The notes: generated by a model not told the origin, from the letters alone. Positions 1 through 12,259 are shown, counted from the first letter of the stretch. The stretch: DNA of 47,726 nt from Dicyema japonicum (GCA_011109175.1 RDEW01000021.1:780405-828130), one strand, 5' to 3'. Numbers and translations are program-made.

Positions 1-93
1 TAAAAAAACCGTAATACCAAACTAACTATCATGTGATCTCGGTATGCTACAAAAGAGACTTCAGATTGGCGCACTAAAAACAGTTTTTAGCGT

Positions 94-159
94 GGCGTCA
101 TGCGGTTCACCTGTTGTTGTGGTGGCGCTCAGTGCAAGTTCTGCATGGAAGAGAACCGC
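94..159 (+). ncRNA. HDV-like ribozyme fold (copy L1)
   Basis: P1 GGCGUC(94-99)/GGCGCU(124-129); P2 GCGGUUC(102-108)/GAACCGC(153-159); P3 ACC/GGU; P4 GUGCA/UGCAU. Helix order matches the HDV nested double pseudoknot. J4/2 is GGAAGA and lacks the catalytic C. Confidence 0.65.
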
Positions 160-219
160 TAGACTTTCCCTACCATTCTGCGATCTTCAGATGGGTGGCC
201 TATCAACTCCCCCGTTTTC

Positions 220-264
220 TCTTTACTACTTCTGTCTGGTGATGTAGAACCTAATCCGGGACCC
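220..264 (+). other. 2A-like ribosome-skipping motif SLLLLSGDVEPNPGP
   Basis: Positions 241-264 encode DVEPNPGP, in frame with the endonuclease start MTILQLNVNG at 274. Confidence 0.9.
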
Positions 265-3200
265 AACTGCACAATGACTATTTTACAATTAAATGTAAAT
301 GGAATCCGCAATAAAGTGTTGGAATTACGATCCCTTTTATCCCTTTTGAAAGTGGACATTGCCCTCATTCAAGAATTGAAGCTCTCTATAAAGTCCCCAA
401 CACCTTGTTTTCCTGTGTACTTCGCAGGGACCGAACAAGAAGTCTCAGAGGAGGATTATTGACTATCGTTAAGGATGGACTCAAATTTACGGATGTCACT
501 CCTTCTGTATCTTTTCTCTGCGAATGGGATCTTATTCTGGAACAGATTTCCTTTTCTCCGAAGAGATGTTTTACAATGTGTAATGTCTATATCCCGCCTC
601 AGGGGTCATGTACTACTTCCTACATCCCCAACCTATTGCGACTGTGTGGACTAAAGGATCTGCTACTATACGGAGACTTAAATGCCAAACATCCGCTCTG
701 GCTCCCAGGGGTCATGTAGTACTTCCTACATCCCCAACCTATTGCGACTGTGTGGACTAAAGGATCTGCTACTATGCGGAGACTTAAATGCCAAACATCC
801 ACTCTGGGTTTGGACACAATCAGTCGACAATCGTGGAGAGTACATCCTATCTATACTCGACGGATTAATTATTCTCAATAATCCGGATTCCCATACGAGG
901 ACCTTCAATCCGAAGAGGGGATAGCCCAACTTGCCCAGACTTGTCATTATACACTCCCTCCCGTGCTGGATACCTTACATGGGATGTTCGTTATGGTTTT
1001 ACAAGCGACCATAACCCAATTGTATTGAAACTGATAAGATCTATCTCTGCCAAGATGTTCTACAAAGTTCAAGAACTATTCGAAGTCAAATTGGTTTGGA
1101 TTCAGCATGAATGTGGATAATTGTCTATCGGGACTCGTTGTAGAAAACTTCTTTATTGAAATGGTAGCCATGATGCTAACTTCAGTTATTCGAAAAGCGG
1201 ACAGAATATTCATCCCAATATCCTCTTACAGAAAATTCAATCCGAAACTATCTTCGGGCATCCTGGAACTTATCAAAAAACGGGATGCTTTGAAGAAAAC
1301 CGGAATGAATTCAGATNATTCGAAGGCAAATTGGTTTGGATTCAGCACGTGTGTGGATAATTGTCTATCGGGACTCGTTGTAGAAGACTTCTTTGTTGAA
1401 AAGGTAGTTATGATATTAACTTCAGTTATTCGAAAAGCGAACAGAATGTTCATCCTAATATTTTCTTACAGAAAATTCAATCCGAAATTATCTTCGGGCA
1501 TCCTGGAACTTATCAAGAAACGGAATGCTTTGAAGAAAACCGGAATGAATTCAGATGGCTCTATATCGTCCATATGCTCTCTAAATTGCAAAATTTTCCA
1601 ACTAATCCGTGATAAACACAGACACAAATGGAGTCGGCTTGTTGGTCGACTATGCCACAAGAACTCGTGTGGAACTTTCTAGAAGACACTAAAGAGTATC
1701 AACAGCCTCACAAAGGAAGATGACGGCGGAGTGGAAACCGTTACCCTTGCCCCGGAACATGCACGGAAACTCGCTAATAACCTCATGAAATTCTGTGTCG
1801 ATCAACCACAAGGACTTCTCTAGATCTCTGCATGTCAAACGAGATAGTCCACAACAGTCGATATATACGACGTTCTTTACTCCCTACAACGTGGAAAGGA
1901 TTATTAAATATCTGAAAAGGAGCCTGTGGCCCCGACGGTGTCTGTGCTATCCACCTTAAACACCTAGAACCTCAGGCTCATATTGTGTTATCAAGACTAT
2001 ACAACCAGTCTATAAATTCCCATACGATACCAAACATATGGAAGAACTCATTGATTAATCCAATCCTCAAACCTGGAAAATCAAAAGACATTCCATCCTC
2101 TTACCGCCCTGTCTTTATAACTTGCGCCTTGTCAAAAGTGTTGGAGAAGCTTGTACTAATGTTAATTACCCCTGTTCTACAATTTCTTGATTTTCAACAT
2201 GGCTTCAGATCATGCCGTTTTACAACAACGCATTTAAGATCTGTCTCTCAGTTCATCACAGACGGCTTCAACATGAAGACGCACTTACTGACGGCTCTGG
2301 TGTCTATAGATATACAGAAAGCCTTCGACTCGGTTTCGAGGACTCTCCTAACAAAGAAGATCTTTAACTCAAATTTACATCCGAGCATCATGCTATGGCT
2401 GAAAGACGTGGAAGAGTCCGGATTGGAAAAATTACTTCAAAATCAAGACTACTCCCTAATGGGGTCCCACAAGGCTCCCCTCTGTCTCCTTTCTTATTTA
2501 ACTTATTTCTACACGATTTACCTACTATCAATGATCAGGACACCATGTTTTTATCTTATGCGGACGACCTGATTATCGCTGCAAGGGACAAATCTCCCTC
2601 CAGGGCTGTGGCGGTGGTTCAGTCACACCTCAACCAGGTGTTGACTGGTTATCCATGAATTTGCTGTCTGTGTCTGCATCCAAGTCTCAGTTCACGCTAT
2701 TTACTACGGACAGAAGATTTAAAGATGGACTTGAGATATTCCTCGGAAACATTCCTATCCCTTATACATGAATCCAGAAGATCCTTGAAGTAACTTTCGA
2801 GTCTCTGATGACGTTTGCCAGTCACAAAGAGAAGATGTTAACAAAGGGTCTTCGAAAATGGAACGTTCTAAAAACCATCGTAAAGAAGAGCCCCTTCCCT
2901 CCTACTGCTTGGATCAGCAAAGTATATCTTCAAGTTATTGCGCCGACGATTGTATATGCCTGTTCTGCCTGGAGATTCGCCATTCCTTCTACGAGGTTGG
3001 AGCGTATGAATTCTCTCAGACGGAAGATCATGAGACACATACAAATCAGACTCCACATTCGTCCCCAGTCTGCTTTCAGAGGAGGCGACGGTGAGAAATG
3101 CCTGGGCTTCCTACGTATGTGCAATGAGCTAGGAAACCCATTCAGAGAGAGGGTGGTTCATGCGGAAGAATTCAGATCGCCATTAAATAAGTGCACTCCG

Positions 3201-3419
3201 ATAGAAATCCTTTGCAGAACTAATAGAAGACAATTCAGAAACGCTATTGGTTTACTGGAGGAGCATTCGAAGAGAATTCGAAAGATGTTGGAGGCTGAGA
3301 TCACTTAATTTAGCAAGTTAATTCTATCTTTCTTGGTGGTCTTGAGGTTAAATAAATAAAATTAAAAAATATAGCAAATCAAACAGCCGAAGAAAAAATG
3401 AGACAAACAGTTTCGTCAT

Positions 3420-4480
3420 AGTAATCTTCGATAATAATTTTCTGTATCTTATGTTAACGGAATCCCCAAGAAAGAACCATGTTTCTTTTTTTTCCTTTTG
3501 TTTTTACTCATTACTTGATCTCAACAAACTCGGGTTTATAGGAGTTCATGAATAAGAAGCATTTAGCCAACTCGGTCAGAGCAACCACATACAGTTGACT
3601 AAACGCTATTCGATCTAAGATTTATGTGAATTCTTCCTATGATTCAATACACTCACGTGGGCCATCAACAATACGAATAAAAAATGTCGGAAAATATATT
3701 GCAAACAGACGTACCCTCTTCTCTACTGTCCTTTTCCCTTTATGCTACTCCTAAGCCAGTAGACGGTCACCTAGCTGAATTTCAGTTACGAAGATGAACT
3801 GTCCTCAAGGGTTTCGTATTTCTTATTTTAAAAAAGTTTCAGCCCTGGTTGAGGCTGATAATAGTCGTCAGTGCATGTTGAAAGGCATCAACGCAAATAC
3901 TGTCTCAAGCTATGTGTTCCTCGCAATTATATGGGAATTAGTGCCCCCTTTTTGTTTGTGCAGTCAAATCCAGGAGGTTCCAGTTGCAAAATATATTCAG
4001 TGGCGTCAAGTCCACCCTTGATAAGTTCGTTTATGGTCATTCACCTCACACTAATTCCATGACCATATAAATAGGAGAGGGCATAAATCTTTTTTTTAAA
4101 TCGTTTTCCAGCATCCCCACCTCTGAACAATGCAAACATCGAGCATTCACGTTGACCCAGTGTTCCAGTGATGCGCGGGTAAGATCCCTGAACAAACCAC
4201 TGCTGTCATTTATCGGTTCGGAGTCATGATTTTTCTACTACTTTATATGTTAGGAGATTGTCACGTGACTGCCAAAATTTATACCGAGGATTTTTAGCTG
4301 GCGAACAGTTTGATAACTTGTATTTTTCTCACAATTATCAAGTCATTTGCATAGGACAATGAAATAATCTTATTTGATTTAAAGGTGGGAAAAGGCCTTT
4401 GACTCAGTTGATCGTGAATACCTGAAAGGCTGCACGATACCTCATCTACTGCCAGGTGCTAACGTAGAATGAACCGAGTG
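3420..4480 (-). CDS. Unidentified multi-exon gene (partial reading)
   Basis: Open stretches such as RIAFSQLYVVALTELAKCFLFMNSYKPEFVEIK and DSEPINDSSGLFRDLTRASLEHWVNVNARC, bounded by short GT..AG segments. Boundaries are approximate and no family is recognised. Confidence 0.25.
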
Positions 4481-4989
4481 ATTGTTCTCTACCTAGGGCC
4501 TAGAATAAGGTAGATCTACCAACGAGGACAAAAACTTCATAAGAGTTCCGATTACTGATGATTGCAAGGATTCAATCATTATTATCCGAGAACTTTTAAA
4601 ATCACTAAGAAAAATGTTAAAAACACTAATTAAGTCATCCAAGGTTCCATAATTCCTGGACCCTCCGTGCGTTGTCTAATAATGTCCCAACTGTAAAACG
4701 GTAGAGCCTCTGCAAANNNNNNNNNNNNNNNNNNNNNNATCCAAGGTTCCATAATTCCTGGACCCTCCATGCGTTGTCTACTAATGTCCCAACTGTAAAA
4801 CGGTAGAGCCTCTGCAAAGGAAATTGATCAGAATGTCTTTCTTTATGAGAGATTGTAATAGTTTGGGATGCACACGTGTAGATATTCCCTCACTGAATTT
4901 AGTTTATTGAGTTTGGAAGAGAATATCGCATACCTATGCGGGACAGGAATTAATTTTTTATTTAACCCCCAAGAAAATGCTAATCCAAC

Positions 4990-6970
4990 GTGGCATCATG
5001 TGGTCCACCTTTTATGGTGACGCTGAGTGACTCTATGCACAAAAAAGGACCTGCACTTTTCCCCATCTGGAGTCATCTTCAGACTACAACCCTGCTCCCT
5101 CAGCCTCCTCTGGACAAAAGACCTAACCTTACTACTTGCCGGTGACGTAGAGCAAAACCCAGGGTCGCAACGACAATTCTACAGCTTAACATCAGAGAAA
5201 AAATTCTCGAACTACGCGCTTATCTGAATAAACAAAATGTGGATGTGCAGCAACTCAAGAGACCAGATTGACGCCTACCTCAACTAGTCCTTTTTTCCCT
5301 GGATACAACTGTATCTGTTTGGACCGGTTGAACCGGAAAGGCGGAGGCCTCATGTTCACCATTAAGATTAGGTTACTGTATACTGACATCACAGATGACC
5401 TTTCGAAGTTGAACAACCTAAGGAACCTGATTATTTGTCGAGATTTAAATGCCAAACACCCAACTTGGCTAATATCACAACGGGTTGACTCTAGAGAATC
5501 GCCAATGTCGATCCTCAACAATCCGAAGACCCATACGAGGACGCCCTACAAGGATAATGAATGTTATACCTCTCCGGACCTTACACTTTGCTCTACTAAC
5601 CTAACTTCAACCATTTCATGGTCTGTCGACTATGACCTCAACTCCGGTCATAACCCAATCATCATCGGAATCAAGAAAGCCTTTCCTCCCATGAAAGAAA
5701 CTATGTCATTCTTCAACTATAAGAACGCAAACTGGAGAGATTATACAACTTTCACAGACATAATGCTACAAAATTTGGACACCAATATATTCAAATCTAT
5801 TGACGGAGCTGTGAAAAANNNNNNNNNNNNNNNNNNNNNNNNNNNNNNNNNNNNNNNNNNNNNNNNNNNNNNNNNNNNNNNNNNNNNNNNNNNNNNNNNN
5901 NNNNNNNNNNNNNNNNNNNNNNNNNNNNNNNNNNNNNNNNNNNNNNNNNNNNNNNNNNNNNNNNNNNNNNNNNNNNNNNNNNNNNNNNNNNNNNNNNNNN
6001 NNNNNNNNNNNNNNNNNNNNNNNNNNNNNNNNNNNNNNNNNNNNNNNNNNNNNNNNNNNNNNNNNNNNNNNNNNNNNNNNNNNNNNNNNNNNNNNNNNNN
6101 NNNNNNNNNNNNNNNNNNNNNNNNNNNNNNNNNNNNNNNNNNNNNNNNNNNNNNNNNNNNNNNNNNNNNNNNNNNNNNNNNNNNNNNNNNNNNNNNNNNN
6201 NNNNNNNNNNNNNNNNNNNNNNNNNNNNNNNNNNNNNNNNNNNNNNNNNNNNNNNNNNNNNNNNNNNNNNNNNNNNNNNNNNNNNNNNNNNNNNNNNNNN
6301 NNNNNNNNNNNNNNNNNNNNNNNNNNNNNNNNNNNNNNNNNNNNNNNNNNNNNNNNNNNNNNNNNNNNNNNNNNNNNNNNNNNNNNNNNNNNNNNNNNNN
6401 NNNNNNNNNNNNNNNNNNNNNNNNNNNNNNNNNNNNNNNNNNNNNNNNNNNNNNNNNNNNNNNNNNNNNNNNNNNNNNNNNNNNNNNNNNNNNNNNNNNN
6501 NNNNNNNNNNNNNNNNNNNNNNNNNNNNNNNNNNNNNNNNNNNNNNNNNNNNNNNNNNNNNNNNNNNNNNNNNNNNNNNNNNNNNNNNNNNNNNNNNNNN
6601 NNNNNNNNNCAACCGTCTTAAAGTTGATAACACCCTATGTCGAGCTCCGACTACCATAATGCACATCGCAAAGCTGAACAATATTCTAACCAGTCTCTTT
6701 GACCACTTTATCAAACAAAATGGTAAGAGTTTTTTAACCTTAACCCTCCAACCGTACCTGTCGTCGACAGACCGTCCTGTGTCAAGCAGTTTCCAGAAGC
6801 ACATCACCCCAATTGGTTTTCTCACGAACACTGTCCCCCACCCGTACCGTGACTGTGTTGGGTCAAAAGTCCAACATCGGGAGAAGCTGAGAAAGCTCAT
6901 CAGGATTGTCGGGATCACCTAATTAAATTCAAAAGATTAATTATTAATGTTTTTGGGTTAGTAATAATAA
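4990..6970 (+). mobile_element. Degenerate Ingi/Vingi-like LINE copy 2 (gap at 5819-6609)
   Basis: HDV-like head and LLLAGDVEQNPGS. Endonuclease motifs CRDLNAKHP, SPDLT and GHNPI. ORF end VGIT* followed by a TAA-rich tail at about 6955-6970. Confidence 0.85.
4992..5054 (+). ncRNA. HDV-like ribozyme fold (copy L2, degenerate)
   Basis: P1 GGCAUC/GACGCU, P2 GUGGUCC/GGACC, P3 ACC/GGU. P2 covaries with copy L1 (GGUUC/GAACC versus GGUCC/GGACC). Confidence 0.55.
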
Positions 6971-7404
6971 AGCGATGACCTATATACAGTCCATAGGAGA
7001 AGTGAGTATAACTGCTTTCAATACATTCAATTTCTTTGTGTTTCCTGGATATGGGAATAAGGATGTCCCCAATGTACAGTTCTGTCACACACTGAGGTAA
7101 ATATTGTGAATATGCATTTTGCTCCCGACACTTTAAAAGAATTAATTCCGAGCAGATAATTGGAAAAAAGATAAAAAGTAAATTAAATTTATTGAAGCAA
7201 AAAAACACCATCATAGCCAGAACGAAAAGGTGATCCCGACCTCCCTCAGGAGTCTTTGAATCCTCTGACTTGATTGAAGTTTCGTCCAAGGGAAACTCCT
7301 CTAGAAAAATTATAAAAAATTAATTTTATGTAAAGAAAAATATTGGAAATTAATTTAAAAATGAATAAATATTAATTAAAATTCCAAATTATATAATTTT
7401 GTTG

Positions 7405-10274
7405 ATGTTCGACACTCTCTGGTCTCAAATTAACCAAGTTTTAGTCAAAATTGTTGATGACAAAACTCTCCCAAGAGAAGAATGGATATCTACCATTCAG
7501 TAAATTGTTTGACACTCTCTGGTCTCAAATTAACCAAGTTTTAGTCAAAATTGTTGATGACAAAACTCTCCCAAGAGAAGAATGGATATCTACCATTCAG
7601 TAAATTTTCCGCTCATTCGCAGAGTATGCTGCCAATTCATCCGATTGGATGACCAATACCCTGTCTCCATTACCGAATGCATTCGGGAGTTCACAGAAGG
7701 GATCATTCTCGATTGGGAAAACGTAAAATAGTAAAAACTCTATTTTAAGAAACTCAAAAATGTCCAGTCCGGATTCCTTGCTGTGTACGCAGACATTTTC
7801 TGCCAATTTTATCTGTTCTGTCGTCAGCTATGTGACCTATTTTTCGTGAATATGCGGCACATAATTAGACTCAGAGATGAGTTCAAACTCAAAAATGTCC
7901 AGTCCGGATTCCTTGCTGTGTACGCAGACATTTTCTGCCAATTTTATCTGTTCTGTCGTCAGCTATGTGACCTATTTTTCGTGAATATGCGGCACATAAT
8001 TAGACTCAGACATAAGTTCAAGGAACAATATGACAACTATGCCCTCGACAGAGTACCCATAACACTCACTCTAGGTTCTCCTACTTCAGTGGAAGGCCAT
8101 CGTCATCGATACTCATATTGAAAGTCTGATGGCCGAGGCCTTTCAGGAAATCAAAAAGTGGTGGATTGGCCTCATTTTAGGGGGTTCCTCGAGATGACCT
8201 TCAACCCCCACTTGATAGTCTTTCTGTTTTCTCTGATTTCCGTTGATAACAGTATTAACCTGACGAGGTATGTTTCCTACGAAGAAATGATAAATTTCGG
8301 AGTAAATGCCGTCATGAAGATGTTTAATGAGGTCAAGAAAGAATTATACATAAATTCACAACAGGATTATGACGAGTTTGAGGATGACCCCTTCGAGTTC
8401 GCGTTGCTCTACACTAATGTACGACTCCCTCTCAATGTAGTCTTACGCACATCTCTTTATTAAACGGTTTGAAAAATTCTTCCCCGAAATGATTGAGAAT
8501 CTGATCAACGAACTCTCCAGTGGGACTCCATTCCTCTCCATAAACAATGTGTTCTTAGTTTTTACCCTTAGATTATCAATTTGGTGGAAATTAGCGATAA
8601 ATTCTACGACAACGTGGTCTATGGGAACAAATACCTTAGGAATTACGTATACGACCGGGCCTTCTTCAAAAATAAGACCCACTACCAGGACTTGTTCTCC
8701 CATAACATAGATAATGAAAACTATGAAGGTTATTGTCGACTTATTCAGACGCTTTTAAGATACTCAAGTGCTTTGAACAAAATCCCAACGTTCTGGTGGA
8801 CCTATCGACCTTTGTAAGGAAGAATATCCGCAAGAAGCTGGATTCCTCAATAAGGGCAATTTCCCCGGCCATTCCGTCCGTCGAAGTACCATTTTATTGC
8901 TAATAGGCCGCCCAAATATTTGTCTCATTAGTTGAGGACAAACATCAGACTCTCTCTCAGATCGTAACGGTTCAGCTCAATTCCAGCAGCACATTGCTCT
9001 CCTCCATAGATAATGCCATTAGTGATATAATCAATGAATACTCACTTAAGGTCGGTTCCATTCCATGTCCATTCGATGCGGTACCTTTAAGTCAGAATAT
9101 AGCTCTCTCTATTTGTCGACGACGTACTGTCTAAGAACTGGCGGAATTTAGATGGAGATGCCCCAATTTCCACTACTACATTCAAGATGATCTGTCTTAT
9201 TCGGAACCATCAATCATTCTTTGAAGTTCCTATCTGTGTTATTTTAGAAATACATGCAGAACCTGTTTGAACGTCTTCATAAAAATGGATACCAGCTGTT
9301 CAACTCCTTAGAGCTTGACACAGCTAATCAGATTAAGGTTTGGGTTTGTTTATTGTAGACTTTGTGTGGGAAGCAGAATATGCAACTGATCCTCGATTTT
9401 ATCAATGCTGTGGACAACCCCACGAGAGAAGAGTACATGAATTCCATCGGAGCTGAGACTTGTTGTTTATACCCCTTCATATTCCCCGTTTTACCTTTAT
9501 TTATTCGCTAGAAAATTCATATGCTGGAGACAGACGAGATATACATTTCTATTGACAAACTTCCCTCGGAAATGCTGAGTTTACTGGAACAGTTTAAGGA
9601 TTATTACTGTAAAGCTCACCACCTCGTCAAAATTGATTTTCTAGTGAACTATGGCTCTGTGGAACTGGATTTGTACGATCTGAACGGTCAAGCTGTCTCC
9701 CTTATGGTGAATATATCACAAGCAGCTATTTTGTTTTTAATGTTGTCTATTTGCTGAGAGTTAGGGGGGATCGGATGTCTTTTGAGGACTTGTGTGAGCT
9801 GACTGGCCTCAGCAGAGATGTATTACTCCATTTTTGTAGACCTCTTGTTCAGGCTGAAGTGTTGGTTGTTTTTTATTTTGTATTCCAGTGCATTTCTGAA
9901 TATGGACTGTCCCTATGTTCCGTCTTTCTAAACTATGGACCCCTGGATTGCCGACCTACAGAGATTTTCAAGAATTCTTCGAATAAGGTTGACTTTGGTT
10001 TAACGGGAGATACGTAAAAGTGACGACGAAGAGGATAAGAAATGGAGGGTTTGGGTGCTGTCGTCGTTTATTGCCCGCTATTTGAAGCAGAATAACACTG
10101 TGAACCATCAAACTATGTGGGATAATGTTAACGTGGTATTATTGGTAGATTTGTGAGTCGTGGAAGAATATGTTTGTCTTTTTGTTCGATGACTTTAAGG
10201 AGGCCCTGGAACATTTAATTGATAGGGATATCATTGGGAGAGTTAATGATGATACTTACTTATATAATCCTTAA
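7405..10274 (+). CDS. Divergent cullin-family protein (N-terminus CUL2-like); about 16 introns of 20-27 nt
   Basis: Spliced reading starts MFDTLWSQINQVLVKIVDDKTLPREEW and includes FFE|KYMQNLFERL. It ends in a cullin winged-helix/neddylation region: IARYLKQNNTVNHQ...FKEALEHLIDRDIIGRVNDDTYLYNP*. Two local duplications (about 7408-7605 and 7750-8010) interrupt the 5' part. Confidence 0.8.
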
Positions 10275-12084
10275 TTTCTCACTCTATAGGCTTATTATTA
10301 TTTTTGGTTGTTTGTGGTTTTTTTGTTTATTTATTATGTTCCCTCGGACTACTAGAGGATAGTCGAGATTTATGGGGGATTACTTAATTGATTGACTTTG
10401 GCACTTTCTTGTTGATATTGGGGTTTTTTAAATGAAAATAGTAAGGTTAAACTGTCTCTTGGGAACGCTCGTGGAAGCATGTTAAGTACCATGTCATATT
10501 TGCAGTCTATGAGGATAATCTTTGTTAACTTTTTATAATAAAGTTTGGTGGGTTTGAACTCCAAATGTTGCCTCTTTAGTTCAAACTGATATTGGATGTT
10601 ATGATTTTATTATTTGTTAGAGAAAGAATAAACACTAAGAGCTACATTTACTGTCAAACGTTTTAGACATATCATTTAATACTTCAAATAAATTTCAAGA
10701 CTAATTATCCACTCCCTTATCGCTTGTCAAAACTCCCTATTCCTATAACTCTTGTTCAGGGGCGTAGCAAAGCTTACTGTTGTCCGGGACGAGTGTATGG
10801 TAATGATGCCTTTATAACTAGCTTATCGCGACTAATAATAAATAAAAGATCAAGTAAGAGTGAGGTGTGTATTTAATTTATTAAACAATAAACAAAAAGG
10901 TCACATACATCAATGTTCAATTGCTTCTTTGCTGTCAACAAAAGTCTGTTCCACAGTTTCTTTCACCTCGCCTGTCAGTAATTTCTCTTCATTGCTGATC
11001 AAAGATCAACATGAAAGGCGTTGATTTGACATTAAAGATTTCAAATATATGTGTATCTGTTTTAACTGAAAAAGAACGTTCACAATTAGCAATTTATTAG
11101 CCAACATTGAGTAATAAACGAATGTCTAAGCGCTGTCAATAGAACACGGTGATTGCTAGCAGTCGATCTTGTCTATGATGGAAAAACATCTAAAAAAAGC
11201 GAGTATAGCTTAATAACGTGCACTCTATGGCTTAGATCTGCTGCTGGCAAGATATCAAAATAATGAGTGAATACGACTAATGTTCCTAGTCCGATTCCCC
11301 TCAGTATGGTCTTGGTTTTGCCACATGCAGTATGATGATACCTAATATAGAAATCGGATGATTAATTAAATTATTACGATTTCTGAATAATTAATTATTA
11401 ATTCCGAGTGATGACGTATGTAAGGAAGTTGAAAATAAAAATTATGTTCGTTTTTCCGTATAATATTATTTTTGTAGTTTAATTTTTAATGCTTTTAGAA
11501 TTCATTCGCAGTTTTTATTTTCACGTCAAAGACCAGCCAGATGTCTTTTGTACGGACCATTTCGAATCTTCATTGTTTTGCTGATAGTGTGAAATAACGT
11601 TGGTGACAACGGCATTCCATTTGGAAGATATTGTGCTTTTGATTNTAGTTTAATTTTTAATGCTTTTAGAACTCATTCGCAGTTTTTATTTTCACGTCAA
11701 AGACCAGCCAGATGTCTTTTGTACGGACCATTTCGAATCTTCATTGTTTTGCTAATAGTGTGAAATAACGTTGGTGACAACGGCATTCCATTTGGAAGAT
11801 ATTGTGCTTTTGATTGCTTGTCGCCACTCGCCCCATGCGACTATTGATGAAGGTAACCAACCAAAACATAAATTTGAGGTGGATTGACGTCAACTTCGGA
11901 AAGAAAGACAGGAATGAGAATGGGGGGAGAAAAATAAGGATGAGTATATAATACTCTACTAATGATCCCGGTAATACATATACTAGATATTTCATGGTCT
12001 GCTTATTAGTTCAATGACATAATGTTATTTGTAGTCGACGTTTTTAACATTTTTGGTCAAAAAGGTGGTTAAAAAGTTTTCTTT

Positions 12085-12252
12085 CTCAATCGGATTCCTC
12101 TGCAAGGATGAGAGAAGGCTCTTTCGTACAGTAGTGGGAACAATGGAAGAAGACAGACGTTGGACGAGTCGATTGTTTTTGGGAACTGGGATTACCTAAC
12201 TGTCTGACGTTTTTTCCGTTTTTCTTTCTCGGTGATCCCGGGGTTCTTAATA
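12085..12252 (+). mobile_element. 5'-truncated 3' end of the LINE family seen at 24815-25900
   Basis: Aligns by eye to the 24820-24960 minus strand and to 35258-35412. Ends ctcggtgatcccgggg plus a TAAA tail. Confidence 0.75.
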
Positions 12253-12259
12253 AATAAAT

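Larger units (their letters stand above)
92..3362 (+). mobile_element. Degenerate near-full-length APE-type non-LTR retrotransposon (Ingi/Vingi-like): HDV-like head, 2A motif, AP endonuclease, RT, short 3' UTR with (TAAA)n tail
   Basis: Endonuclease motifs ILQLNVNGI, IQELK and GDLNAKHP. RT motifs IWKNSLINPILKPGK, QHGFRS, IDIQKAFD, NGVPQGSPLSP and YADD. Many frameshifts and stops. ORF ends AEIT*, then TAAA repeats at about 3349-3362. No ORF1 or RNase H seen. Clade assignment is inference. Confidence 0.9.

Noticed and set aside
1075-1560. Tandem near-duplications with a single N at or near the junction. Also about 4630-4820, 11480-11820, 15000-15240, 17370-17880, 21715-22040, 23910-24240, 37230-37690 and 44365-44920. 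Similar duplications without an N occur at 600-820, 7408-7605, 7750-8010, 26020-27390, 29760-30090, 38930-39140 and 43730-43950.
   Set aside because: The pattern fits scaffolding overlaps or uncollapsed haplotypes. They cut through genes and TEs arbitrarily, so they are not treated as biological duplications without read evidence.
5268-6918. Long ORFs spanning N runs (also 27414-28163 and 42624-43515)
   Set aside because: Artefacts of translating assembly gaps.
6915-7289. 124-aa minus-strand ORF upstream of the cullin
   Set aside because: It runs into a LINE tail and no family was recognised. It may be part of a real gene but is unsupported.
11741-11995. Possible small secreted peptide gene
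   Set aside because: The tested splicing model hits an in-frame stop, and no family motif was found.
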